Below, piece after piece: positions 1 through 9,919 of a stretch of 64,000 bases of DNA. How positions within the stretch are numbered: position 1 is the stretch's first letter; the number at the start of each line of letters is the position of its first letter. The translations under genes were made by a program, and so were the position numbers. Source of the stretch: an uncultured Chloroflexia bacterium (GTDB lineage Bacteria > Chloroflexota > Limnocylindria > Limnocylindrales > CSP1-4); NCBI GenBank assembly GCA_963827965.1, contig CAWHCW010000004.1, forward strand, positions 69,029 to 133,028, read 5' to 3'. The notes under the pieces are model-generated. The model saw only the letters and a list, made by a program, of their open reading frames with translations. It was not told the DNA's origin and did no database searches.

Positions 1-2403
1 GTCGTCGTCGCGGGCGATGGCGACGAGCTGCGCTGTCGGGCAGGACGTCTCGGCGTCGAGCCAGACGAACAGGCGGTGCTTCGAGACGCGTCGGGGTGAC
101 GATGTACCGGTCGAGACCGCGCGAGCGCCGCCCGCATCTCCGGCCGCGGGCTCGCATGGAGCCACCACCGCTCGCGCAGTCGCTGCACGGCTGGCCGTCG
201 CGCGCTCGGCCTCACGTACTCGCCGCACGTACTCGAACGGCGCCTCGTAGAGCGCCGCCTCGGCCTCGGGCATGTCGACGCCGAAGTCGATGATCCACAT
301 GCCCGCGAGGCCGGCCGCGTGATGTCGAGGCCGTTGACCCACGGCCGAACGACGTCGCGCGTTCGACCGACCGTCCGGGTTCGGCGACGCCAGCATCGCT
401 GCGCCGCCGCCTCGGCGTCGATCTCGAACGGGCCGCCCTTCGTGTCGCCCATGAACGCGATGCCGAGGTTCTCGCGCAGGCGTCGCGCCTGCGTCAGGTC
501 GACGCCCGACGGTCAGGTTCGCGTTGATCGACGGCGACGCGGCTGGCCGTCGAGCTCGCGCTCGGCTCTCGGTGCCGTCGTCCTGGCCGACGAAGCTGAT
601 GTGGACGTTCGCGCCGGCGAGGACCCACGGGTCGTCCGACGCGGGCGAAGAAGATGTCGCCCGACTCCTTGATCCGCTCGAGGACCCGGCGGTTGGCGCC
701 GCCGCGGATCCCCTGCGTCGCGAGCAGGCCGGCCCGCTTCGTCCGTGCCGGCCGCGATCTGCGCCCGCGCCTTCTCGTGCCAGTAGGTGACGAGGTCGGC
801 CTCGCGCGGCACGCGGCCGTCGAAGACGTCGAAGAGCGTGTCGACGTAGTCGTCGCCGAGGCCGCGGCGCAGCAGCTTGCCGCCCAGGAACGGCGGGTTG
901 CCCGACGATGAACTCCGCCGCCGGCCACTCCGCCTCCCGGGGGTGCGTCGGGTCCGACAGGTCCAGGAGCGCGTCGCGGCGTCTCGATGTGGTCGAGCGG
1001 GCGCAGGATCGGGTCGCGGCGGTAGCCGAGGCCGTGGCGGAGCATCCACTGGATCTCGCCGATCCAGATCGTCACCCGGGCCAGCTCGGCGGCGTAGGCG
1101 TTGATCTCGATGCCGAGGACCGCCTCGGGCCCGACCTGCGGGCACCTGCATGCGGCGTGCGCAGGACGAGCGAGCCCCAGTGGATCGCCTCGCACTCGAG
1201 GTCCTTGAGCGCCCAGAGGGTGACGATACAGGAAGTTGCCGCTAGCCGCAGGCGGGGTCGAGCACGCGCACGCGCGCGCAGGCGATCGAGGAAGGCCTCG
1301 AAGACCGCGCGTCGGGTTCGTCGGTCGGCCGTCGCCTTCGTGACCCTCCGGCCCGACAGCAGGAGCTGCGGTGCACCTGCGCCTGCATCGCGGCGAACTC
1401 GCGGCGCAGCGGGCGGATGACGACCGGCTCGACGAGCTGCCGATCTGCGTCGCGGGCGGTGTAGTGGGCGCCGAGCTGGGCCCGCCGGTCGGGGTCGAGG
1501 CCGCGCTCGAAGAGGGTGCCGAAGATCGCCGGCTCGATGAGCGCCCAGTTCGAGGCGCCCGACCTCGAGGAGCGTCGCCGATCTCGGCCTCGGTCAGCGG
1601 GAGCACGTCGGCCGAGTCGAAGAGGCCGCCGTTGAACCAGGCGACGTCCTCGGCGCCGAACATGCCCGCCGCCGTCGGCCATCCGCTCGAAGAGCTCGCC
1701 CAGGGCGTCGCGCGAAGACGTGCGGGTCGGCCGCGGGTCTGCTCGGCCAGCCGGGAGAGGACGCCCTTCGGGCAGCAGGCCCGGCGTCCTCGGCGAAGAG
1801 GCAGAAGAGGAGCCGGTCGAGGAAGTGGGCGACGGCCTGCGGGATCGTGGCCGCGGCCGCGCAGGCGCCTGGGCGAGCTCGGCGAAGTGGCGGGCGGCCT
1901 CCTCGGTGACCTGGGCCGGCTCGAAGGTGGGGCGCAGCTCCTCGGGGTCGGCGAAGACGGCGCGCAGGATCGCGCAGCGGCCTCCGACGGGTCGGGCGCG
2001 GCGAGGTCGTCGAGGGTGACGATCGTGGTGACCGGGCGAGAGGCTCGGTGAAGTTGGTGCGGACCTCGATGCGGTCGAGGTCGCGAGACGACGAGGAGCG
2101 GCGGGTTCTCCAGCGCGTCGCGGTAGCCGCTGGAGCTGGAGGTAGGCGGCCTTGAGGTCCTTGCGCTTGCCCTTGTACTCCCAGGCGAAGAAGCCGCGCT
2201 TCCAGACGTCGGCGAAGCCGTCGCCGCCGCCGCAGCTTGCTCGGCGCCCTTCTCGAAGGCGTACCAGGTGCCGTCGGGGTCGGCGTCGGTGGGGGTCGGG
2301 CTCGCCGAGGAGCGCGGCAGAGGTCGATGAAGTGGGACTGGGCCGCGGCGCGCTCGGAGGTGGTGATGCCGCGCCACTTGGCGGCGAACTCGCCGGGCGT
2401 CAT
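1..2403 (-). pseudogene. MmeI-family type IIL/IIG restriction-modification enzyme (N-terminal nuclease fused to N6-adenine DNA methyltransferase). The 3' end runs off the window and the frame is broken many times.
   Basis: Minus-strand frames carry these blocks in order: MTPGEFAAKWRGITTSERAAAQSHFIDLC, DGTWYAFEKGA, YRDALENPPLLVV, DRIEVRTNFT, HFLDRLLFCLFAEDAG, FGAEDVAWFNGGLFD, IEPAIFGTLFERGLDP, RVLDPACG plus SGNFLY (SAM motif I), GIEINAYAAELARVTIWIGEIQW, GNPPFLGGK (NPPF motif), DDPWVLAGANVHISFV, MWIIDFGVDM, RYIVTP, VSKHRLFVWLDAE. The blocks are spread over all three frames, with at least 8 hops. Confidence 0.8.
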
Positions 2404-2538
2404 GGACGGAAGCGTACGGCAGACCATGGGGCCGCGGCACCCTGGCCGCGACAGGCATCAGTGACCGTGGAATCCGATGCTCGCGGTTCGAGGCGATCGA
2501 GCCCCGAACGAGAGCGGTGGCGGGGTATAGTTTCGCCA

Positions 2539-4592
2539 ATGAGGTCGGTTGATCGGGAAGGTGGCGGACCCGAGCCAGGCGGGGACTCGAGGCTCGAGGA
2601 TCCGCGGCGGCCCGAGGGCGAGGTGAGCGAGGAGCAGGGGGCCAAGTACCGCGGGCTGCTGGAGGCGGCGCCGGACGCGATGGTGGTGGTCGAACCAGGC
2701 CGGCGAGATCGTCCTGCTGAACGTCCAGGCCGAGAAGCAGTTCGGCTACCGCCGCGACGAGCTCGTCGGGCAGCCGGTCACGAACATCATCCCGGAGGGC
2801 TTCGCCGAGCGGCTGATCGCCGACGACCTGCGATCCGCGGCCGACGCGCTGGCCCAGCAGATCGGCACCGGGATCGAGCTCTCCGGGCGGCGCAAGGACG
2901 GCAGCGAGTTCCCGATCGAGATCATGCTGAGCCCGCTCGAGAGCGCCGAGGGGATCCTGGTGACGGCGGCGATCCGCAACATCAGCGTGCGCAAGGAGGC
3001 GGAAAAGCACCTGGCGCAGATGGAGGGCCGGTACCGCGGGCTGCTGGAGGCGGCTCCGGACGCGATGGTGGTGGTGAACCAGGCCGGCGAGATCGTCCTG
3101 CTCAACCTCCAGGCGGAGAAGCAGTTCGGCTACCGCCGCGACGAGCTCGTCGGGCAGCCGGTCACGAACATCATCCCGGAGGGCTTCGCCGAGCGGCTGA
3201 TCGCCGACGACCTGCGATCCGCGGCCGACGCGCTGGCCCAGCAGATCGGCACCGGGATCGAGCTCGTCGGCGCGGCGCAAGGACGGCAGCGAGTTCCCGA
3301 TCGAGATCATGCTGAGCCCGCTGGAGAGCGCCGAGGGGATCCTGGTGACGGCGGCGATCCGCGACATCAGCGTGCGCAAGGTGGCGGAGAGCCAGCTGCT
3401 CCAGGCGCAGAAGCTCGAGTCGATCGGGAGACTCGCCGGCGGGATCGCCCACGACTTCAACAACATGCTCTTCGCGATCCACGGCTACGCCGAGCTCCTC
3501 GACCGAGGATCTGGCCCCGGCGAATCGCGCTCGCCTCGATCCCGACGGCGCGCTGCTCAGCGTCCAGGCGATCAGCGAGGCGGCCGAGCGCGCCGCCGAC
3601 GCTGACCGCCCAGCTCCTTGCGTTCAGCCACCAGCAGGTCATCAGCCCGAAGGTGCTCGACCTCAACGCCGCGATCGATGGCCTCGAGCCGATGGTGCGC
3701 CAGCTGATCGGCGAGAACATGCGGCTCGTCCTCAAGCTCGACCCCGACGCCGGCCACATCCGTGCCGATGCGGGCCAGCTCGACCAGATCCTCGTCAATC
3801 TCGTCGTCAACGCCCGCGACGCGATGCCCGACGGCGGAACCGTGACGATCGAGACCGGCAACGTCGTGGTCGACGAGCCCTACGCGATCGAGCATTTCGA
3901 CGTGAAGCCCGGGCCGTACGTCCTCCTCGCGGTCACCGACACCGGGATCGGGATGGACCGCGAGACGCGCGAGCACATCTTCGAGCCCTTCTTCACGACG
4001 AAGGAGCTCGGCAAGGGGACCGGCCTCGGACTCGCCACGACCTACGGGATCGTCCGCCAGGCCGGCGGCCACATCTGGCTCTACTCGGAGCCCGGGCGTC
4101 GGCTCGATCGTTCAAGCTCTACTTCCCGAGGGTCGACGCTGCCGGCACGACCGACGTGCCGACGGTCGCCGCCGTCGCCCTGCGGTCGGAGCCGGCACGG
4201 TCCTGGTCGTCGAGGACGAGCCCGTCGTCCGCGACATGACGACGCAGCTGCTCACCCGGTCCGGCTACCAGGTGATCGCGGTCGCCAACGGCGCCGAGGC
4301 GATGGCGCGGCTGGCCGGACTCGACGAGTCGATCGACGTGCTCGTCACCGACGTCATCATGCCGAACATGTCCGGCATCGAGCTCGCCGAATGGGTGATG
4401 GATCGATATCCACGCGTCGGGGTCGTGCTCCTCTCCGGGTACACGGCCGAGACGCTCGACCTCGAGCGGGTGACGACTCGCGGCGCGACGTTCGTGCCGA
4501 AGCCCGTCACCTCGGCGCAGCTCCTCGTCGCGGTCCAGCAGGCCCAGGCTCTGCGGCAGGCCAACCCGCCAGAGCTGACCCGCCACCCATGA
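2539..4592 (+). CDS. Hybrid sensor histidine kinase: PAS-PAS-HisKA-HATPase_c-receiver (frameshifted as given)
   Basis: ATG at 2539 (MRSVDREGG). Two PAS units. H-box [18 protein letters not shown]. ATPase boxes [31 protein letters not shown]. Receiver [29 protein letters not shown], stop at 4592. Pieces lie in track ORFs 2152-3315, 2924-4615, 3309-3605 and 4236-4592, about six frame hops. Confidence 0.85.
2647..3385 (+). repeat. Tandem duplication of a ~384-bp PAS-domain-encoding unit (2 copies, near-identical DNA)
   Basis: taccgcgggctgctggaggcgg... starts at 2647 and again at 3032. The copies stay almost identical for about 350 bp. Both encode [48 protein letters not shown]. Confidence 0.9.
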
Positions 4593-4611
4593 CGCGCGTC
4601 AGTGACGGTCG

Positions 4612-6243
4612 GTGACCGTGCGCCCAACCGAGACAGACGCTCCGATCCTCGTCGTCGATGACGATGCCGGCACCCGCGCGCTCGTGGCGATCGCGCCTCC
4701 GACGCGCCGGCTTCGACGTCCTCGAGGCGGCGAGCGGCGAGGCCGCGCTCGACATCGTCGAGACGAGGCCGATCGGCCTCGTCGTCCTCGACATGGGCCT
4801 GCCCGGGCATGTCCGGGCACCGACGTCGTCCGCGCGCTCCGGGCGCGACCGCAGACGGCGACCTTGCCGGTCATCCTCCTGACCGGCACAGGCGACGAGT
4901 ACCCGCTCGTCGCAGGGTCTCGGCGCGGGCGCCGACGACTACCTGACGAAGCCGGTCCGGCTCGACGAGCTCGTCGCGCGCATTCGGGCGCACCTGCGGA
5001 GAGGCGCGGCATGGTCGAGTGCGGTCGAGGAGGAGCTCCACAATCGTTCGGCGGTCGTCGAGGCCCTTGGCCACCTGACCCTGTCGCCGGTGCCCGAGGA
5101 GGCTGCCGAGGCAGTCGTGGCCGAGCTCGCCCGACGGACCGCGTGCGACTTCATCGCCGTCATCGCAGCTCCTTCGCGGCGATCGTCTGCGCGAGCTCGC
5201 GACGTACAACCGGATCGCCGGGGTCCGTCGCGGTGGGGCGCTCCTCGGTCCGAGCCTCTCGCGCGACCTCGTGGCCCGTGCGCGCCAGGGTCCGTGGGTC
5301 GAGGATGTCGGCCCGCCCGAGGACGACGTGCGCACGGCCGCATTCGCCGCGGCGGACCTCGACATCGGCGCCGGCGCGCCGATCTACGCCGGCGACAAGC
5401 TCGTCGGCCTGCTCTCGCTCGGCGTCAGTCGCGAAGCGCAGCGGCCATCACCGGCTCGGAAGGCCGGCGCTGCTTGCCGCCGCCATCGACTACGCGAGCA
5501 TCCTGAGCGCCGTCGCGGGACCGGCCCTCGCCGATCGGCGCGACATCGCGGCACTGCAGATCACGGCTCAAGCGCGCCCTCGACCGCGCAGGAGTTCCAT
5601 CCCGTCTTCCAGCCGATCGTCGACCTCGAATCGCTCGCCATCGTCGGGTACGAGGCCCTGACCCGGTTCACCGATGGCACCCGGCCAGACCTGCGGTTCA
5701 CCGAAGCTGCTTCCGTCGGGCTCGGACACGACTACGAGCTCGCCGCGATCGAGGCGGCGCTCGCGGCGGCGTCACACCTGCCCGAAGGCGCGTTCCTGAC
5801 CCTCAACATGTCGCCCGGTCTCGTGCTCGAGAGCGGTCGTCGGCTCCGCAAGATGATCCGGGCGACCAGCCGACGACTCATCCTCGAGCTGACCGAACAC
5901 GTCCCGATCGACGACTACGCGGCGCTCCGCAAGGCGATCGGGACGCTCGGCGACGTGGAGCTTGCCGTCGATGACGCCGGGGCCGGCTACGCGAGCCTGC
6001 GCCACATCCTCGAGTTGCGGCCGACGTTCGCGAAGCTCGACATCAGCCTCGTCCGGGGGATCGACGCCGACGAGCTTCGCCAGGCGCTGGTGGCCGGGCT
6101 CGTCGTACTTCGCGCTCAGGAGCGGCTGCCATCTCATCGCCGAGGGCGTGGAGTCGGAGGACGAGGCGAGCGTGCTGCGGCGGCTCGGTGTCGAGTTCGC
6201 GCAGGGCTACCTGTTCGGGCGCCCGGAACCGATCGCGGGCTGA
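4612..6243 (+). CDS. Response-regulator receiver / GAF-like / EAL-domain protein, a putative c-di-GMP phosphodiesterase (frameshifted as given)
   Basis: GTG at 4612. Receiver blocks [39 protein letters not shown]. Central block [18 protein letters not shown]-domain blocks [52 protein letters not shown]. Stop at 6243. Several frame hops. Confidence 0.8.
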
Positions 6244-6666
6244 CCGTTCGGACCTCCAGGTGGCCGGGGCACGGTGGAGTCGGCATGCCGAATCTCGCTG
6301 CGGAATCGCGCCGATGGTAGGCCTGCGCGCGAGGTACCGTTTCGGGACTCGGGCCTGCCGCCGCCCGCCCCCACCGAAACATGAGTATTCTGGTACAGGT
6401 TGCGCGTCCCCCCGGAGACCGTCTCTGAGATGGAGTGGCGCACGCACCTGACCCGTCGTCGGCTCCTGCTGGGAGCCGCCGCGATCCCCGCACTGGCCGC
6501 CGCCGATCGCGCGACGCGCTCGATCGCGGGAGTGGTCGGCGAGCACCGTGCGCGCCATCCGGCCGCCGGCCGAGGGCACGAGTGCCACCCGCTGCGCCCG
6601 CTGCGGGGCGGGCGACCACGCGATGCTCGACCCCCGGTGCCCGGCCGCGAAGCGGGTGGTCTGACG

Positions 6667-9207
6667 ATGGGCATCGACCGCCGCAGGTTCCTCAAGGGCG
6701 CTGCCGGCGCGGTCGCCGGGGTCGGAGCCGCCACGATCCTCCCCGTCCCCGACCCGCCCGCGGCGCCGTCCGGTCGCGACTACGACGTTCCGGCCAGCCT
6801 GCCCGTCGACCGCGTCGTCCGGACCACCTGCTCACCGAACTGCACGGGCAGCTGCGGCCAGCTGGCCTTCGTCCGCGACGGGGTCATCGTCAAGATCCAG
6901 CAGGCGGCCGACTACCCCGACAAGGCATACAGCCCGCGCGGCTGCATGAAGGGCCTCTCGTACGTCAACCACGTCTACGGCGACGACCGGATCCGAACGC
7001 CGCTGATCCGGACCGGCGAGCGCGGCTCCGGGGAGTTCCGCGCGGCGTCCTGGGACGAGGTCCTCGACCGGATCGCCGGCGACCTGCGCCGGATCGGCGA
7101 GACGTGGGGCTGGGACACGGTCCACGTCTTCGGCCAGGTGCCCGGGTCGGGGTACATCCAGAAGGGCGCCAACTACCGGGCGTCCGCGGCCCTGGGGCTC
7201 ACCCACGGCACGAGCTTCGACTTCAACGGCGACCTCCCGATGGGGATGCCGATCACCTTCGGCGTCCAGAACGCCGAGCACGAGGCAAAGGACTGGGCGA
7301 ACAGCCGGTTCCTGCTCCTCGTCGGGTCGAACCCGGTGGAGACGCGGATCCCCGACGTGCACTTCATCTTCGACGCCCTCGAGAAGGGCGCCCGCCTCGT
7401 GGTCATCGACCCGAGCTTCTCCCCGACGGCGGCAAAGGCGGACGCGCACCTCCGGATCAGGCCCGGGACGGACGCGGCGCTGGCCCTGGCGCTCTGCCGC
7501 CAGGTGATCGAGGACGGCACCTGGGACGCGCGAGTTCATGCGGACGTACACGGATGCACCGCTCCTCGTGCGCGCGGATACGGGCGTCCGCCTCCGGGAG
7601 GCCGACCTGGTGGCCGGCGCTGCCGTCGACCGCTTCGTGGCCTGGGACGAGGCCACGGCGGCGCCGATCGTCGTCGGCACGGAGCGCCTCGGCTTCCCGG
7701 CCGGGGCGCGGCCGGCGCTCGATGGCATCCGGCGGATCACCCTGGCCGACGGGTCCGTCGTCGAGGCGACGCCGGGCTTCGCCCTGGTCCGGGACGAGCT
7801 GGACCGCTGGACGCCGGAGGCGACGGAGGCCGTGACCGGCGTCCCGGCCGCGACGATCGTGAGGGTCGCCCGCGCCTATGCGGCGGCGAAGCCCGCGGCG
7901 ATCCTCATGGGCGGCGGCTCCAACCACTGGTACCACGGCGACCTGACGGGGCGCGCCTTCGCCCTCCTGGCCGCCCTCACGGGCAACATCGGGAAGTCCG
8001 GCGGCGGCTTCTCCGTCTACGTCGGCCAGTACAAGGTCCGCGTCAACACCGCCCCCTGGTGGAACGCCGGCGAGACGAAGGCGAAGGTCGTGCCGACGGT
8101 CTACTTCGTCCGCGGCCGCACGGAGACGATGCACCCCGACGTGCCGTACCCGGAGAACGGCTGGCACGGCCTCGTCTGCACGTTCGCCAACATGTTCGTG
8201 CAGTCGATGGACGTGAACCGGCTCCACGAGACGCTGCGCGGCCTGGACCTGGTCGTCGTCGTCGACCACCAGATGACCGAGACGGTGAAGTGGGCCGACG
8301 TCGTCCTGCCGGCGACCACGTGGTACGAGAAGACCGATCTCACGGCCACCCCGCTCCACCCGTTCCTGCAGCTCCAGCAGGCCGCGATCGACCCGGTGGG
8401 CGAGTCGCGCTCCGAGCTCTGGATGTGGCGCGAGATCGTGCGCCGGATCGACCCCGCGAAGGCCGCCGAGCTCTTCGAGATGGACGAGGAGGCGGCGATC
8501 GAGGCGATCCTCGCCGCGGGCTCCGAGCCCGGCGGGCCGACCGAGGGGATCACCCTCGAGATGCTGAAGGCGGGCCCGGTCCGCCTCAACGTCCCCGACC
8601 CCGACGTGCCCTTCCGGAAGCAGGTGGAGGAGCTGGCGCCGTTCCCGCCGCGCTCGCTGCCGGCCGCCCTGGAGAAGACGGCGGCGTTCATCCCCACCCG
8701 ACGGATCGAGTTCTACAAGGAGGAGGCCCGCTTCCGGGAGCTGGGCGAGACCGTCCCCACGTACCGGCCGCCGTTCGACGACACGGTCCACGACCCGGCG
8801 GAATGGCCGCTCGCCCTCCTGACCCCGCACAGCAAGTGGCGGATCCACTCCACCTACGCCAACAACCCCTGGCTGGCCGAGATCCACGGCGGGAAGCCGG
8901 AGGTCTTCATCTCGCCCCGAGGACGCGGCCGCCCGCGGGCTCGCCGACGGGCGACCCGATCCGCGTCTGGAACACGCGGGGGGAGGTGGTCGCCTGGGCG
9001 CACGTCAGCGAGTCGGAGCAGCCGGGATCGGTGACGCTCTACGAGGGCTGGTGGCCGCGCCAGTTCAGGCGCGGGAAGGGGGTCAACGAGCTGACCTCGT
9101 CCGCGGTCAACCCGATCCACGAGGTCCACTTCGTCGGCAACATGTGGGCCCCCTCCACCGGCTGGAAGGACTGCCGCTGCCAGGTCGCGAAGGCGGAGGA
9201 GGCCTGA
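6667..9207 (+). CDS. Tat-exported molybdopterin oxidoreductase catalytic subunit (DMSO-reductase family, PsrA/PhsA/TtrA-like architecture); substrate unknown
   Basis: ATG at 6667. Twin-arginine signal MGIDRRRFLKGAAGAVAG. Fe-S motif CSPNCTGSCG. Family blocks GSNPVETRIPD, GGGSNHWYHGDL, VVVVDHQMTETVKWADVVLPATTWYEK, LLTPHSKWRIHST. Frame hops near 7530 and 8915. Stop at 9207. Confidence 0.88.
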   Translation: MGIDRRRFLKGAAGAVAGVGAATILPVPDPPAAPSGRDYDVPASLPVDRVVRTTCSPNCTGSCGQLAFVRDGVIVKIQQAADYPDKAYSPRGCMKGLSYVNHVYGDDRIRTPLIRTGERGSGEFRAASWDEVLDRIAGDLRRIGETWGWDTVHVFGQVPGSGYIQKGANYRASAALGLTHGTSFDFNGDLPMGMPITFGVQNAEHEAKDWANSRFLLLVGSNPVETRIPDVHFIFDALEKGARLVVIDPSFSPTAAKADAHLRIRPGTDAALALALCRQVIEDGTWDARVHADVHGCTAPRARGYGRPPPGGRPGGRRCRRPLRGLGRGHGGADRRRHGAPRLPGRGAAGARWHPADHPGRRVRRRGDAGLRPGPGRAGPLDAGGDGGRDRRPGRDDREGRPRLCGGEARGDPHGRRLQPLVPRRPDGARLRPPGRPHGQHREVRRRLLRLRRPVQGPRQHRPLVERRRDEGEGRADGLLRPRPHGDDAPRRAVPGERLARPRLHVRQHVRAVDGREPAPRDAARPGPGRRRRPPDDRDGEVGRRRPAGDHVVREDRSHGHPAPPVPAAPAGRDRPGGRVALRALDVARDRAPDRPREGRRALRDGRGGGDRGDPRRGLRARRADRGDHPRDAEGGPGPPQRPRPRRALPEAGGGAGAVPAALAAGRPGEDGGVHPHPTDRVLQGGGPLPGAGRDRPHVPAAVRRHGPRPGGMAARPPDPAQQVADPLHLRQQPLAGRDPRREAGGLHLAPRTRPPAGSPTGDPIRVWNTRGEVVAWAHVSESEQPGSVTLYEGWWPRQFRRGKGVNELTSSAVNPIHEVHFVGNMWAPSTGWKDCRCQVAKAEEA

Positions 9208-9208
9208 G

Positions 9209-9919
9209 GTGGGCGACAAGGTATCGCCGATCGCGGCCCTCTCCGCGGCCTCGCGGGCCTGGGGCGAGATCGGCCAGCGCTCCGAGCACCCGCACTGGGG
9301 GATGGTCGTCGACCAGGAGCGCTGCATCGGCTGCTGGTCCTGCGCGATCATCTGCAAGAGCGAGAACGACCTGCCCCTGGGGATGTGGTGGAACCGCATC
9401 CTGACCGAGGGTGACGCCCTGGACCAGCCGGCCCAGGTCCGCGGCGGGGCCCTGGAGATGCACTGGCTGCCCCTGGCCTGCCAGCACTGCGAGAACGCGC
9501 CGTGCGTGAAGGTCTGCCCCGTCCAGGCGACCTACCACCGCGACGACGGGCTGGTCATGCAGGACAACGACCGCTGCATCGGCTGCCGCTACTGCATGAT
9601 CGCCTGCCCGTACGGCGTCCGGAACTTCAACTGGGGGGCGCCCTCGCGCCCGACGCCGTACGACACGGGGATGGTCGCGGCGCGGCCGGTCGGCACCGTC
9701 GAGAAGTGCACGCTCTGCGTCCACCGCCTCGCCGAGGACCAGGTGCCGTCGTGCGTCTGGTCCTGCCCCACCGGCGCCCGCGTCTTCGGCGACCTCGACG
9801 ATCCGGACGGCCGGGCGGCCACGCTCATCCGCGAGCGGGAGGGGTACGAGCTCCTCGAGGAGGCCGGCACGAAGCCGGCGGTCCACTACCTGCCGCCGCG
9901 CCGGAGGAACGAGCTGTGA
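9209..9919 (+). CDS. 4Fe-4S ferredoxin-type electron-transfer subunit (PsrB/DmsB-like)
   Basis: Intact 236-aa ORF with four Cys clusters: CIGCWSCAIIC, CQHCENAPCVKVCP, CIGCRYCMIACP, CTLCVHR..CVWSCP. It starts 2 nt after the catalytic-subunit stop. Confidence 0.92.
   Translation: MGDKVSPIAALSAASRAWGEIGQRSEHPHWGMVVDQERCIGCWSCAIICKSENDLPLGMWWNRILTEGDALDQPAQVRGGALEMHWLPLACQHCENAPCVKVCPVQATYHRDDGLVMQDNDRCIGCRYCMIACPYGVRNFNWGAPSRPTPYDTGMVAARPVGTVEKCTLCVHRLAEDQVPSCVWSCPTGARVFGDLDDPDGRAATLIREREGYELLEEAGTKPAVHYLPPRRRNEL

Noticed and set aside
2440-2540. tRNA-like T-arm string (ggttcgaggcgatcgagcc) in the divergent gap before the histidine kinase
   Set aside because: I could not fold an acceptor stem, an anticodon arm or a GTTC-loop geometry around it. 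Elsewhere in the window I saw no convincing GGTTCGAATCC-type T-loop.
494-3466. 990-aa minus-strand ORF, and the similar giants 24161-27691, 36529-41604, 47583-51131 and 18600-21533
   Set aside because: Their translations are mostly Arg/Pro/Ala/Gly-rich nonsense, with islands of real sequence only where they coincide with a true gene frame. Stop codons are rare in any frame at this GC content. The 18600-21533 ORF is antisense to an intact copA.
6244-6666. Moco riboswitch, or a second Tat signal (MEWRTHLTRRRLLLGAAAIPALAA, in frame from 6430) ahead of the molybdoenzyme gene
   Set aside because: The hairpins present (ggcac-ga-gtgcc; cgcccgc-N6-gcgggcg) do not reproduce any Moco-motif feature I can recall with confidence. 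An RRR-Leu-Gly-Ala string is easily produced by chance in GC-rich frames, and it is followed by 60 non-protein-like codons. The ATG at 6667 with RRRFLKG is the convincing start.
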